Shown: positions 26,460-36,123 of the stretch, piece by piece
How the letters are laid out: each line of letters begins with the position of its first letter
Numbering within the stretch: the first letter of the stretch is position 1
Assembly (NCBI GenBank): GCA_018303995.1
Contig: JAGVXB010000029.1
Coordinates: forward strand, 1-39,191
Reading direction: 5' to 3'
Origin: Candidatus Pacearchaeota archaeon
GTDB taxonomy: Archaea; Nanobdellota; Nanobdellia; Pacearchaeales; GW2011-AR1
DNA: 39,191 nucleotides
Translations under genes and position numbers: made by a program
The notes under the pieces: model-generated
Database searches by the model: none
What the model was told of the DNA's origin: nothing
The model's input: the letters and a program-made list of their open reading frames with translations, nothing else

Positions 26460-26506
26460 AGTAGTAGTATTAGTAAACCTCTTAACACACGTCAGCAGAT
26501 ATTAGG

Positions 26507-26848
26507 CTATTTAAAATTTACCCTACTCCTTCCATGCTCCAATATGAGCTTATGAATCTGTCCCACAAGACAATTTTTAGGAAATCTAGGAAGAATATTA
26601 ATTCCACAAATTTCAGTTTCAGGATATAAAATATATTCAATGCCTAAACGAACAGAAGGGAAAAAATAAAAAATAGATTCAAATGGCTTTTTAACAATTT
26701 TAAATTCTTCAAAACTACTGCTTGGATTAATTCCTTGTTTTTGCAAAAAATCTCCCATATCAAGCAATACAAAATCTCTAAATACAATTTCTTCATAAGG
26801 ACCGACAGCACGACCTAAATAGACATTTATAGGTTCAAAAATGGACAT
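26507..26848 (-). CDS. Hypothetical protein
   Basis: 113-aa ATG ORF with TTATAAA upstream. Confidence 0.65.
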   Translation of the reverse strand: MSIFEPINVYLGRAVGPYEEIVFRDFVLLDMGDFLQKQGINPSSSFEEFKIVKKPFESIFYFFPSVRLGIEYILYPETEICGINILPRFPKNCLVGQIHKLILEHGRSRVNFK

Positions 26849-26895
26849 AAATTAAATTTAAAATCTATGTTTATAATATTAATTATATTACAAAT

Positions 26896-27165
26896 TTATT
26901 TCTCCAAACCCTTCAAAGTCCCTGAAACTCTTAAAACTGTCAAATTATCTTTAGCCAAAGCCAAAGCCGCGCGAACATTAGTCAAAGCTTCTCTATTAAC
27001 GCAAACTACAACTTCGTCAGCGTGCTCAGAAACAAAAACCGGCGAGGCTTCAGCCCATCCAAGAACGCCGATATATTCTAGAATCGCCTTTTCAACAGAA
27101 CTACGCAATCCCTTAATCAATAAATATCTTTTACTGTCTCGCGCAGAGGATTTTAGAGCCAACAT
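26896..27165 (-). CDS. rnp2: RNase P protein Pop5/Rpp14 family
   Basis: KRYL at the N-terminus, VRAALAL and RVSGTLK at the C-terminus; lies upstream of psmA as in the archaeal exosome superoperon. Confidence 0.8.
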   Translation of the reverse strand: MLALKSSARDSKRYLLIKGLRSSVEKAILEYIGVLGWAEASPVFVSEHADEVVVCVNREALTNVRAALALAKDNLTVLRVSGTLKGLEK

Positions 27166-27166
27166 A

Positions 27167-27988
27167 TCAAACTATTATCTCCATCTTAACAATCTCATTA
27201 GCTGTCTTTCGTAATGTATTACTCTCAAGCGCAAATCCCAAAGCTTCAGCGCCTCCAACTTTGAAATTAGCCATTCCTATAATCTTTCCATCTTTATTTA
27301 CAAGAGGACCACCAGAATTTCCGGGATTTAAAGTTACATCAGTTTGAATATATGCTTGAAGCCCGTTAGGTCCCTCTCTATGTAATGCAGAAACAATTCC
27401 TTCAGTTACTGTAAATGATAGCCCCAAAGGATTTCCAATAGCAATTACTTTTTCACCAATCACTACTTCATCAGAATCAGATAATTCAAACGCATCAAGC
27501 TCACCAGAAATTTTCAAAACCGCAATATCTGCATTAGCATCAGCACCAACAAGTTCGGCAACATATACTTCATTAGCATAAGTTTGAACTTGTATAGTAT
27601 TACTTCCTTCGATCACATGATTATTAGTGATAATATAACTTCCATCTGCAACAATAAAACCAGTTCCGGCAGACAAGTCGGTAGTTACAGTAACAACTTT
27701 TTTAATAGCCTCTTCAATAACAAGGGAAAAATCTTGTTGAGTCGACTTCAAAAATTCTATTTGATTTTCAAAATCAGTTCTCTGTTGAGACAAACTTCTA
27801 ACTATTTCCCCGATGCGATATTGATTCTCTTGTTTCAAAACATTTATCACCCCATCAGTTTCTTTTTCAAAATTCTGCTGTTGTGAGATTAATTTAGCAG
27901 ATTGAGAACTAATAAATGTAAATGAAATTAACTGAATAACTAATAAAAGAACGACAGCCCCATAAAGCACATTAATATGATGTTCCAT
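27167..27988 (-). CDS. Membrane-anchored HtrA/DegP-like trypsin-family serine protease lacking PDZ
   Basis: TM helix plus coiled coil, then GTGF, TNNHV, DIAVLK, AIGNPLG and NPGNSGGPL. Start set at ATG 27988. Confidence 0.92.
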   Translation of the reverse strand: MEHHINVLYGAVVLLLVIQLISFTFISSQSAKLISQQQNFEKETDGVINVLKQENQYRIGEIVRSLSQQRTDFENQIEFLKSTQQDFSLVIEEAIKKVVTVTTDLSAGTGFIVADGSYIITNNHVIEGSNTIQVQTYANEVYVAELVGADANADIAVLKISGELDAFELSDSDEVVIGEKVIAIGNPLGLSFTVTEGIVSALHREGPNGLQAYIQTDVTLNPGNSGGPLVNKDGKIIGMANFKVGGAEALGFALESNTLRKTANEIVKMEIIV

Positions 27989-28063
27989 AACAGTGTTTGT
28001 ATTCTTTAATATATATAGCTTACTTATAGTCTTATTTATAATCTCATCTTGTTTTAACATATC

Positions 28064-28315
28064 ATGGATAAAAAAGATCCTGTAAGGCAAGTCCAGGAAG
28101 AAATTGTAGTTGGCATATCCGAAGACGGAAGACCTCCAGAATCAATAAGGTCTCTTTATGATTTGTCAAGACATGTTCCTAAAGATACACCCGCAGATCA
28201 ATTTGCAAGAGCAGTTGACGGCTTAGTTCAAGAAGGAGTGACTCCAATGAGGCAAACCCCTATATCTAAAGGTTATTACTTTGAACCAACTAGAGCAAGA
28301 GGAAAATATCTTTAA
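28064..28315 (+). CDS. Hypothetical protein (winged-helix-like pattern)
   Basis: 83-aa ATG ORF with TTTATAA upstream; F.RAV..LV.EG helix followed by a short hairpin. Confidence 0.65.
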   Translation: MDKKDPVRQVQEEIVVGISEDGRPPESIRSLYDLSRHVPKDTPADQFARAVDGLVQEGVTPMRQTPISKGYYFEPTRARGKYL

Positions 28316-28401
28316 TTTGTATTATTACATTCATATTTATAAAAATAGAGATTTAAGAACTACTCAGTTATCTATATAAACATACTTAACAATATCAAAA
28401 T

Positions 28402-29659
28402 ATGGTGAAGATTCATGCAATAGGAGGTTTTAGCGAAGTTGGTAAAAACATGACTGCTGTCGAGTCAGGAGAGGACGTAACTCTATGTGATGCTGGCTTA
28501 TTCATACCAGCGTTAGTAGGCGTAAGTGAAAAAGAAAAAATACCTACTGAGCACGGAATGAGGGCAATAGGCGCACTTCCAAACGACCATTACATGGATG
28601 AAAATAAGTTACGCCATAAAGTTAAATCTATTTTAGTATCTCACGCTCATCTGGACCACGTTGGAGCAGTGCAATATTTAGCTCACAGATATAATGCGGG
28701 AGTATACGGAACCCCTTACACAATGGAAGTATTGAAAGCATTATTGCCTGAAAGAGAAAATCCAATTCCTAATAAATTACATACAGTAAAACCAAATGGA
28801 ATCACAACAGTGAATGGAAAAGAAAAATATAAAGTACAATGATTACAAATTAGATAACACTCCAGTCATAGGAGACAAACCAAATTACAAACGCCTAAAA
28901 GAACTATCCAAAATAGGAGTAAAAGCATTAATTGTAAATTGTCTTTATGCTCATTCAGAAAAGAAAACGCCATCAGAACAAGTAGCCAGAGACATGGTCC
29001 GAGACACTCTAATAAATACAGAAGATAGCAAATCTGGCTTAGTCGTAACGACATTTGCATCTCACATTGCAAGATTAAAATCCATAGTTGACTTCGGACA
29101 AAAACTAGATAGAAAAATCGTTTTTGTAGGCCGTAGTCTAGCAAAATACGTTTCAGCTGGAGAAGTCATAAATCAAGTTCCTTTCAAAAAAGATATTATA
29201 ATGGCAACATATAAGAGACAAGTCGAAAAATTCTTAAAACAAGCAAACGAAGACCGAAGTAAATATCTAATTGTATGCACAGGTCATCAGGGAGAAAAAG
29301 GCTCAATTTTAGATAGAATGGCTCGAGACCAGCTACCCTTTAAAATAAAAGAAAAAGATCATATAATATTTTCATCAAAAACAATTCCAGCTCCAGAAAC
29401 AATCGCAAGCAGAAGTGACTTACAAAACAGATTAAAGAAATTCAATCCAGTAATATTCGATAATCTTCACGTTTCAGGACACGGTTCAAGAGAAGATTTA
29501 ATGGAACTAATAAAATTAACAAATCCAGAAAATGTCATTCCTTCACATGGAGATCATGCAAAAACAATTCCGGGAATGCATGTTGCAGAAGAAATGGGAT
29601 ACAAAAAAGGTTATAATGTTCATTTACTTTCAAATGGTCAGTCAGTAACACTAGCATGA
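28402..29659 (+). pseudogene. rnj: Archaeal RNase J (beta-CASP), interrupted by an internal deletion and frameshift near 28835
   Basis: ORF1 has AIGGFSEVGKNMTA, DAG and SHAHLDHVGA. ORF2 (different frame) has NDYKLDNTP, TTFASHIARL, GRS, CTGHQGE, HVSGHG and IPSHGD. The intervening THS segment is absent. Confidence 0.85.
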
Positions 29660-30096
29660 GAGAAGATATACTTGGGATGTTAAAGAATGCAATTGAGCAC
29701 GGAGGCAATCCTGCAAGAGTAGCTCAATCTCTAATTAATTCAGGTTATCCAGCACAAGAAGTTCAGCAAGCCCTTACTTATATCACAAACGCAATACCTC
29801 AACAATCTTCTACTCAAGGCAATCCAAACTCTCAAGTAACTTCCCAGACAATAAATCAAAATCAACCGCAAACACAAGGAATGCCTTCAGTTCCAACTCC
29901 TCCAATTTCTCAAGTATCTCCACAAATTCAAACTCCTCCAGCCCCTCAATACATATTAAAACCGCTTCCTTCAACAAAATATAATCCTGGGGGAACAGGA
30001 AAACTCATATTCATGATTTTTATTTTATTGATTCTAGTAGGTTCACTAATTTCAGTAATAATATTTAAAGATAAAATATTAAATTGGATAAGCTAA
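29656..30096 (+). CDS. Membrane protein: small helical N-domain, Q/P-rich linker, C-terminal TM
   Basis: Composition and hydrophobicity; ATGA overlap with rnj. Confidence 0.8.
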   Translation: MREDILGMLKNAIEHGGNPARVAQSLINSGYPAQEVQQALTYITNAIPQQSSTQGNPNSQVTSQTINQNQPQTQGMPSVPTPPISQVSPQIQTPPAPQYILKPLPSTKYNPGGTGKLIFMIFILLILVGSLISVIIFKDKILNWIS

Positions 30097-30105
30097 TAAT
30101 TTGGT

Positions 30106-30645
30106 ATGAGTCTAGTATACGAACCCGCAGAAGATTCTTTTCTTTTTGAGAGTGTAATAGAAAAATATGCAAAAAACAAGTCTGTTTTAGATATGTGCAC
30201 AGGATCAGGAATTTTAGCAAAAAAAGCCCTGGAATCAGTGGCAAAATCAGTCACGGCAGTAGACATAAATAAAAGTGCCTTAGACTCAATAACTGACAAT
30301 AGGATAAAAAAAATACGCTCAAGCCTATTTCAAAAAGTAAAAGGTAAATTTGATTTAATATTATGCAATCCTCCGTATTTAGCAGAAGATAAATATGAAG
30401 ACGAAGAAAGCAAATTAGCAACCACAGGCGGAGAAGAAGGAGACGAATTAATTTTAAAATTCCTGGACCAAGTAAAAAAGCATCTGGAAAAAGATGGAAT
30501 TATACTTTTGCTAGTTTCCTCATTGACGCCAATGGATAAAATTAACAAATTATTGGAAAAAGAAAATCTAACCTCGAAAGTAATAGCAAGTAAAAAGATT
30601 TTCTTCGAAAACCTAGAAGTCTTAGAAATTAAACTAAAATTTTAA
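30106..30645 (+). CDS. HemK2/Mtq2-family (release factor glutamine) methyltransferase
   Basis: VYEPAEDSFL, VLDMCTGSG, AVDIN, NPPYL and GGEEG. Confidence 0.92.
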   Translation: MSLVYEPAEDSFLFESVIEKYAKNKSVLDMCTGSGILAKKALESVAKSVTAVDINKSALDSITDNRIKKIRSSLFQKVKGKFDLILCNPPYLAEDKYEDEESKLATTGGEEGDELILKFLDQVKKHLEKDGIILLLVSSLTPMDKINKLLEKENLTSKVIASKKIFFENLEVLEIKLKF

Positions 30646-30696
30646 ACAACAAATCCCATCGGTAAACTTTAAATACATTCACGAATATATAAATAA

Positions 30697-32097
30697 ATGA
30701 AAAGAGGAGCAATATTATTTATAATCCTATCCTTAACTCTCATTCCATTAGTTTTTGCAGAAGACCTTTTTGGAGAAACGCCCACACATGTGACTACAGG
30801 ATATCAAGGTTCTGCAAATATTGGTTTCAATAATCTTGAGAACTGGCCTGCAGATGTAATTCAGGAATTTAAAGATACTCATGATAGAATCCTTGCAAAG
30901 TGTAAATCTGGAGAACATGATAATTGGGAGATGACTAGATCGACTTCAGGAACTGACAGCGGATTATATCACGAAAAGTTATTTGGTACAAGTGACTTCG
31001 AGTCTCAAAGAAAAGAAATGCAAAAAATGCCCTCATATGATGTCGATAGATGGAATCAAGCATTCCGAGACGCTTCTGCAGTTCAAGGCTCAAATGTGCT
31101 TACATATAGCGATGTTATAGAATCTAAAAAATGTCCTGCCCCTCAAGGTCCAAACAGCGTAGTTTACGTTTATTCCGAAGTTCTATCTGTTAGCCGATCT
31201 TCAGCAAATAGCTCTAAAACTTACTCGGCAACATTTAGCTGTCAAACATGGGACTGCGAGAAAACATTAATTCCTCCAAAGAATATTCCTCCAATAATAG
31301 ATTCCATTAACCCGCTTATTGAAAGAGCACCTACTAAGGTAATAGACATATTAGGTGGAAAAGAAATAGGGCTATTAGTTACTAGCAAAGAAGGTGTTAA
31401 GGAGAATTATTTAGTCTCTTTTGAAGGCTCGAAAATAAAGTCAATAGAAAAAGCTCCTTCAACAAAAGAGTTTTCTATTACGATTAAAACATCCCCTGAA
31501 TTTATGAATAAATTAGTCAAGAGTGGCAATCCCAGTGTAACTATCCAACAAGCAGTGAAAAACGGCAATGTTGTTTTAAGTGGCTCCGGCATTACTAATA
31601 AAGCAATAGTAGCTGGACTAAATTTATATTTCACTCCTGAAAAAAAAGAAGTTCTTGAAACATTTACAGTTAATAATCCTACAAATATGCAATATAATGG
31701 CGAGTCCGCGCTAGTTACTCCGCGAGTTGAGAATAGGCCTGTAATTATAACCCTTCCTAGCAGACCAACAACTCCGATTGTATCAGGAGTACAAGGAAAT
31801 ATGATAGGTTACACTACTCCCATAGCACAATGGGCAGCAAACCAACTATATCAAGAATCAATAAGAGGTCCAGGAGAAGGATTGCCTACATACGGAGTTG
31901 CATCGAGATATAGCAATAATGCAGGAATATATCGTTTGAACGTTAATAATAATCCTCCTAGAACACCCTCTACAAGCATTCCGTTAAGTGCAAACAATAA
32001 TGCTAAAAATATGTATGCTGGATTAACATATGGTGCAAGCGCAAAAGTTGCAACAACAACGACAACATATAATCTTGCAAAAGTAGGGAGAAAATAA
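30697..32097 (+). CDS. Large secreted hypothetical protein
   Basis: Signal peptide ending VFA, four Cys in the N-terminal half, a central SCP2-like segment and an N/T/P-rich C-terminus. Confidence 0.8.
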   Translation: MKRGAILFIILSLTLIPLVFAEDLFGETPTHVTTGYQGSANIGFNNLENWPADVIQEFKDTHDRILAKCKSGEHDNWEMTRSTSGTDSGLYHEKLFGTSDFESQRKEMQKMPSYDVDRWNQAFRDASAVQGSNVLTYSDVIESKKCPAPQGPNSVVYVYSEVLSVSRSSANSSKTYSATFSCQTWDCEKTLIPPKNIPPIIDSINPLIERAPTKVIDILGGKEIGLLVTSKEGVKENYLVSFEGSKIKSIEKAPSTKEFSITIKTSPEFMNKLVKSGNPSVTIQQAVKNGNVVLSGSGITNKAIVAGLNLYFTPEKKEVLETFTVNNPTNMQYNGESALVTPRVENRPVIITLPSRPTTPIVSGVQGNMIGYTTPIAQWAANQLYQESIRGPGEGLPTYGVASRYSNNAGIYRLNVNNNPPRTPSTSIPLSANNNAKNMYAGLTYGASAKVATTTTTYNLAKVGRK

Positions 32098-32098
32098 C

Positions 32099-32575
32099 AT
32101 GGGAACAAAAGATAATCAAAAACAAATTCCTCGTAAAGGAAAAAAGAAATGGATTTTCCTAATCCTATTAGTTATTATTGCAGGAGCAGTATTTTGGTTT
32201 TTACAAAAGGGCTCACCCGGAGAAGCAGTTTCAATAGAAGAAGATATTGAATTAAATCCTGATAACTCGCAATTGTATTCATTACTTTCCGAAGCAGGAA
32301 TAACGGACGCAATGATCGACGTGCAAGAAAAAGAAACACTTATTGCACTTTCAATACCTCAAGTACAAAATAAAGAAGATGTCTTGTCATTTGTTTACGG
32401 AGCAGCAACCGGATTCTCACACAATGCAGATAAAATAACTGTGCACATATTAACCCAAAGCGAAGTAGAAGAATATTCAGTCACAACTGAGAATGTTGTA
32501 AAATACGCAGATGGAAAATTGACAAAAGAAGAATTTAACAACGCAGTAATTAAGCAGACATTTCCACTTCAATAG
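32099..32575 (+). CDS. Single-pass membrane protein
   Basis: Basic N-terminus, TM helix and acidic ectodomain; 1 nt after the upstream gene. Confidence 0.8.
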   Translation: MGTKDNQKQIPRKGKKKWIFLILLVIIAGAVFWFLQKGSPGEAVSIEEDIELNPDNSQLYSLLSEAGITDAMIDVQEKETLIALSIPQVQNKEDVLSFVYGAATGFSHNADKITVHILTQSEVEEYSVTTENVVKYADGKLTKEEFNNAVIKQTFPLQ

Positions 32576-32615
32576 TAACTAAACTTCTATAAACTATCCA
32601 CATCACAAAGGCATC

Positions 32616-32798
32616 ATGTCAATAAAAATAAATTTGGAAGAAAAATATCATTCAGGCGAAAGCGACGGTGAATCTTACAGATGGCAGGACAGAAATCCTC
32701 CTAAAACTAACAATATATATCAACCTCCAAGAATAAGGCAAAATCCCCCAAGATACCCAGAGCACAGATCTCAGGATATAGATGATAAATACAAATAA
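32616..32798 (+). CDS. Small disordered hypothetical protein
   Basis: 60-aa ATG ORF with CTATAAA upstream; the motif R.NPP occurs twice. Confidence 0.5.
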   Translation: MSIKINLEEKYHSGESDGESYRWQDRNPPKTNNIYQPPRIRQNPPRYPEHRSQDIDDKYK

Positions 32799-32860
32799 CA
32801 ACAAACCCTCCAAACCGCAATCACAACAAATCCTATAAACTCCACAACTAGAAAAATATC

Positions 32861-34009
32861 ATGAAATTCGCGCATCTAGCAGACTGTCACTTAGGTAGCT
32901 GGAGATACCCTGAATTACAGCATTTAAACTTTGAAAGCTTCAAATATGCCTTAGATATGTGTAAAAAAGAAAAAATTGATTTTGTTTTAATAGCGGGCGA
33001 TTTATTCGACTCGGCATATCCCCCAATAGAAATAATAAAAGACACATTTAACGAGTTTAGAAAGTTAAAAGAAGCAAACATACCCGTTTTTATCATAGCA
33101 GGTAGTCATGACTACTCAATTTCAGGAAAAAGCTTTCTAGATGTTCTAGAAAAATCAGGTTTCGCAGTAAATGTATATAAATCAGAAGAAAGAAACGGCT
33201 CGATAATCTTAGAACCCACAATTTACAAAAACGTAGCCATTTACGGTTTCCCAGGTAAAAAAACTGGTCTTGAGGTCTACGATATTCCTAAAATAAGATT
33301 ACAAGATGCTCCAGGATTATTTAAAATTTTAATGCTTCACACAACATTAAAAGACGCACTCCCAACATTAGACATTCCATCAGTAGATAGAAAAATTCTT
33401 CCTCAAGTAGATTACATTGCTCTAGGCCATTTACATCTATTGTACGAAAAAGAAAATGCAGTATATGGAGGTCCAATATATCCAAATAATGCAAGCGAAT
33501 TAGAGGACTTAAAATACGGAGCTTTTTACATAGTCGACACAAATAAAAATATAAAACGTCACAATATAAAATTAAAAGATGTCTTAGTTTTAGACTTAGA
33601 AATAACAGATTCTTTAGAAGGCACTGAAACAATAATCAAAGAATTAAAAAATCAACCATTAAAAGATAAAATACTAATATTAAAATTAAAAGGAGTCTTA
33701 GAACGAGGAAAGATAGTAGACATAAATTTCAACAAAATAGAGGAATTCGCAAGAAGTCAAGGAGTTTTCTGTTTCTTAAAAAACACAACAAAGTTATTCT
33801 TTCCCATTGTAGAAATGGATGTATCTCCTCAAACAGAAGACTTCGAGAAAGAAATAGTAAATAACTTTTGCATAAAAAATCCTCATGAACTAAATAAACA
33901 CATCCCTTTACTGCTGTCAACTCTTAATTTAGAAAAAAAAGAAGATGAAATATCAAGAACATTCGAAGATAGATTATTTGCAGATTCAAAAAGGATATTA
34001 TTCCCATGA
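32861..34009 (+). CDS. mre11: DNA double-strand break repair nuclease Mre11
   Basis: Phosphoesterase motifs ADCHLG, AGDLFD, AGSHD, LMLH and ALGHLH; coupled to rad50. Confidence 0.93.
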   Translation: MKFAHLADCHLGSWRYPELQHLNFESFKYALDMCKKEKIDFVLIAGDLFDSAYPPIEIIKDTFNEFRKLKEANIPVFIIAGSHDYSISGKSFLDVLEKSGFAVNVYKSEERNGSIILEPTIYKNVAIYGFPGKKTGLEVYDIPKIRLQDAPGLFKILMLHTTLKDALPTLDIPSVDRKILPQVDYIALGHLHLLYEKENAVYGGPIYPNNASELEDLKYGAFYIVDTNKNIKRHNIKLKDVLVLDLEITDSLEGTETIIKELKNQPLKDKILILKLKGVLERGKIVDINFNKIEEFARSQGVFCFLKNTTKLFFPIVEMDVSPQTEDFEKEIVNNFCIKNPHELNKHIPLLLSTLNLEKKEDEISRTFEDRLFADSKRILFP

Positions 34010-36069
34010 TTTTCAAAAATATACGCCTGAAGAATATAAGAAGTTACAAAGAAACGGAAATAAAATTCCCGGAAGGAGCAGTCTTATTGGCAGGAGACGT
34101 AGGTTCAGGAAAAACAACAGTTCTTTTAGCCATAGAATATGCCTTATTCGGACTCCAGCCAGGGCAGAGAGGTTCATCGTTATTATCTAACAGCGAAGAA
34201 TATGGCGAAGTATCTTTAGAAATAGATATAGATGGAATAAAAGTTGTAATTGACCGTGGACTTAAAAGAAATGCAAAGTCTATAAATCAAGATTTTGCAG
34301 CAATAACAATAAATGACATTCGTTTCGAGTCGTCTGTAACCGAAGTCAAACAAAAAATAATAGAATTATTGAATTATCCAATGGATTTCGTAAGAAAAAA
34401 TAATCTTGTTTACAGATATACGGTTTACACACCACAAGAAGAGATGAAACAAATAATTATTGAAGATACTGAAGTTCGTTTAGATGTTCTAAGGCATGTA
34501 TTCGGAGTAGACAAATACAAACGCATTCAAGACAACGCACAAAGAATAATAATGTGGATTCGCGAGGAGTCTAGAACTCTTCAGATAGAGTCAGCCCTTC
34601 TAGACGTAAAAAGAAACGAGCTAGACTCAAATCTAAAATTTATAAAAATTCTAGAATCTAAAATATTAGTTAAAGAAGAAGAAATAAAACAATCAAAAAA
34701 CGCTAGAGAAATTCAACAAAAAGAAGTAGATTCTCTGATTCAATTAGTCACTGAAAAAGAAAATTTCAAAAAAGAAATAGAAAAGTCTGCAATAATGGCA
34801 AACAATAAACAAGAACAAATTTCGAGAATTTTAAAAGACATAAAAGAAATAGATGAATCTATAGGAAATACAAAAATACAACCTGAATATACAAAATTAA
34901 GTACAATTCTAGAACAAATATCTAAAACAAAGAAGACTATAGAGTTATTGGACAAAGAATACCTAGATCTGAATTCTAAAAATCACTCGCTAGATATTCT
35001 AAAAAATCAAGAATTAAGTAAAAAAAGCAGGGTCTTTCAAATGAATTTTTGCCCAACGTGTCTTCAAGACGTCCCAGAGGTCCACAAACACAACATCATG
35101 AATGCTACTGAATCAAGCATAAAAGAAATAGAAAAAAATAAAATGGCATTAGCATCAGAAATAACTAGAATAGAAACAGAATTAAAGAAACAAAAAGAAG
35201 ATTTAAAAAATCTCGAGCATGAGCGTATAACAATAGAAATACAGAATGTTAAACAAGAGAATATAGATAAATATATTAAGAAAAAAGAAGAACTTCTAAA
35301 AAATAAGGAGTCAATTGAGAAAGATTTAGTATTGATTAACGAACACATAGACTCGCTAAAAAAACATTCCTTGGAGTATACAAAATTCGAGAATTTATTA
35401 AAAATTAAAAAAGAAGAATTATCAAAAATATTAGAATCGGAACAAAAAAAAGAAATAGAATTTGCAGAAATAAGAAAAGAAACTGAGTTAATAAACAAAG
35501 AAATAAATAAATTAGAAAAAGAAATATACATTGGTGAACGTTCAAGACAAAAATTAATCTCAATGTTAGATATAGAAAACTGGCTTTCAAACAATTTTTC
35601 AAACCTCATCAAATTCACAGAAAAAAATATTCTAATAGCATTAAGAAAAGAATTCACCAAGATCTTCAATAAATGGTTTTCAGTGCTTACAACAGACTCA
35701 TTTGAGGTCTACTTAGACGAAAATTTCTCTCCAGTCATAGTTCACAATGAATTTGAACTGGACTATCAATTCCTTTCAGGAGGAGAAAGAACAGCTGTGG
35801 CGTTAGCCTACAGACTAGCATTAAACCAGCTAATAAATTCAATTTTAAGTAAAATAAAGACTCAAGATGTAATAATTCTAGACGAGCCAACAGAAGGTTT
35901 CTCAGAACAACAATTAGACAAAGTAAGAGATATGCTTCAGGAAATGCATTTAAAACAACTCCTAATAGTCAGCCACGAATCAAAAATGGAAGGTTTCGTA
36001 GACCATGTTATTCGTTTTAGAAAAGTTAACGGAGTTTCGACAGTAGTAGTCGAGAACGATAAAGTTTAG
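34006..36069 (+). CDS. rad50: DNA double-strand break repair ATPase Rad50
   Basis: Walker A GDVGSGKT, coiled coils, zinc hook CPTC, signature LSGGE, Walker B ILDEPT and VSH. Confidence 0.93.
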   Translation: MIFKNIRLKNIRSYKETEIKFPEGAVLLAGDVGSGKTTVLLAIEYALFGLQPGQRGSSLLSNSEEYGEVSLEIDIDGIKVVIDRGLKRNAKSINQDFAAITINDIRFESSVTEVKQKIIELLNYPMDFVRKNNLVYRYTVYTPQEEMKQIIIEDTEVRLDVLRHVFGVDKYKRIQDNAQRIIMWIREESRTLQIESALLDVKRNELDSNLKFIKILESKILVKEEEIKQSKNAREIQQKEVDSLIQLVTEKENFKKEIEKSAIMANNKQEQISRILKDIKEIDESIGNTKIQPEYTKLSTILEQISKTKKTIELLDKEYLDLNSKNHSLDILKNQELSKKSRVFQMNFCPTCLQDVPEVHKHNIMNATESSIKEIEKNKMALASEITRIETELKKQKEDLKNLEHERITIEIQNVKQENIDKYIKKKEELLKNKESIEKDLVLINEHIDSLKKHSLEYTKFENLLKIKKEELSKILESEQKKEIEFAEIRKETELINKEINKLEKEIYIGERSRQKLISMLDIENWLSNNFSNLIKFTEKNILIALRKEFTKIFNKWFSVLTTDSFEVYLDENFSPVIVHNEFELDYQFLSGGERTAVALAYRLALNQLINSILSKIKTQDVIILDEPTEGFSEQQLDKVRDMLQEMHLKQLLIVSHESKMEGFVDHVIRFRKVNGVSTVVVENDKV

Positions 36070-36123
36070 AATTATTATTGAAACATTTGTCCAATATCCA
36101 GTAGGTATTTGAAGATATTCCAA

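Noticed and set aside
26867-27214. 115-aa + strand ORF
   Set aside because: Antisense to the Pop5 gene.
28814-28842. Programmed ribosomal frameshift or intron restoring RNase J
   Set aside because: Sequence is missing rather than extra, so recoding cannot supply the absent THS motif.
33321-35669. Several minus-strand and off-frame ORFs inside mre11/rad50, including the 201-aa F/S-rich one
   Set aside because: Antisense to A-rich coiled-coil codons; no independent signal. The same applies to the other short nested ORFs in the track.
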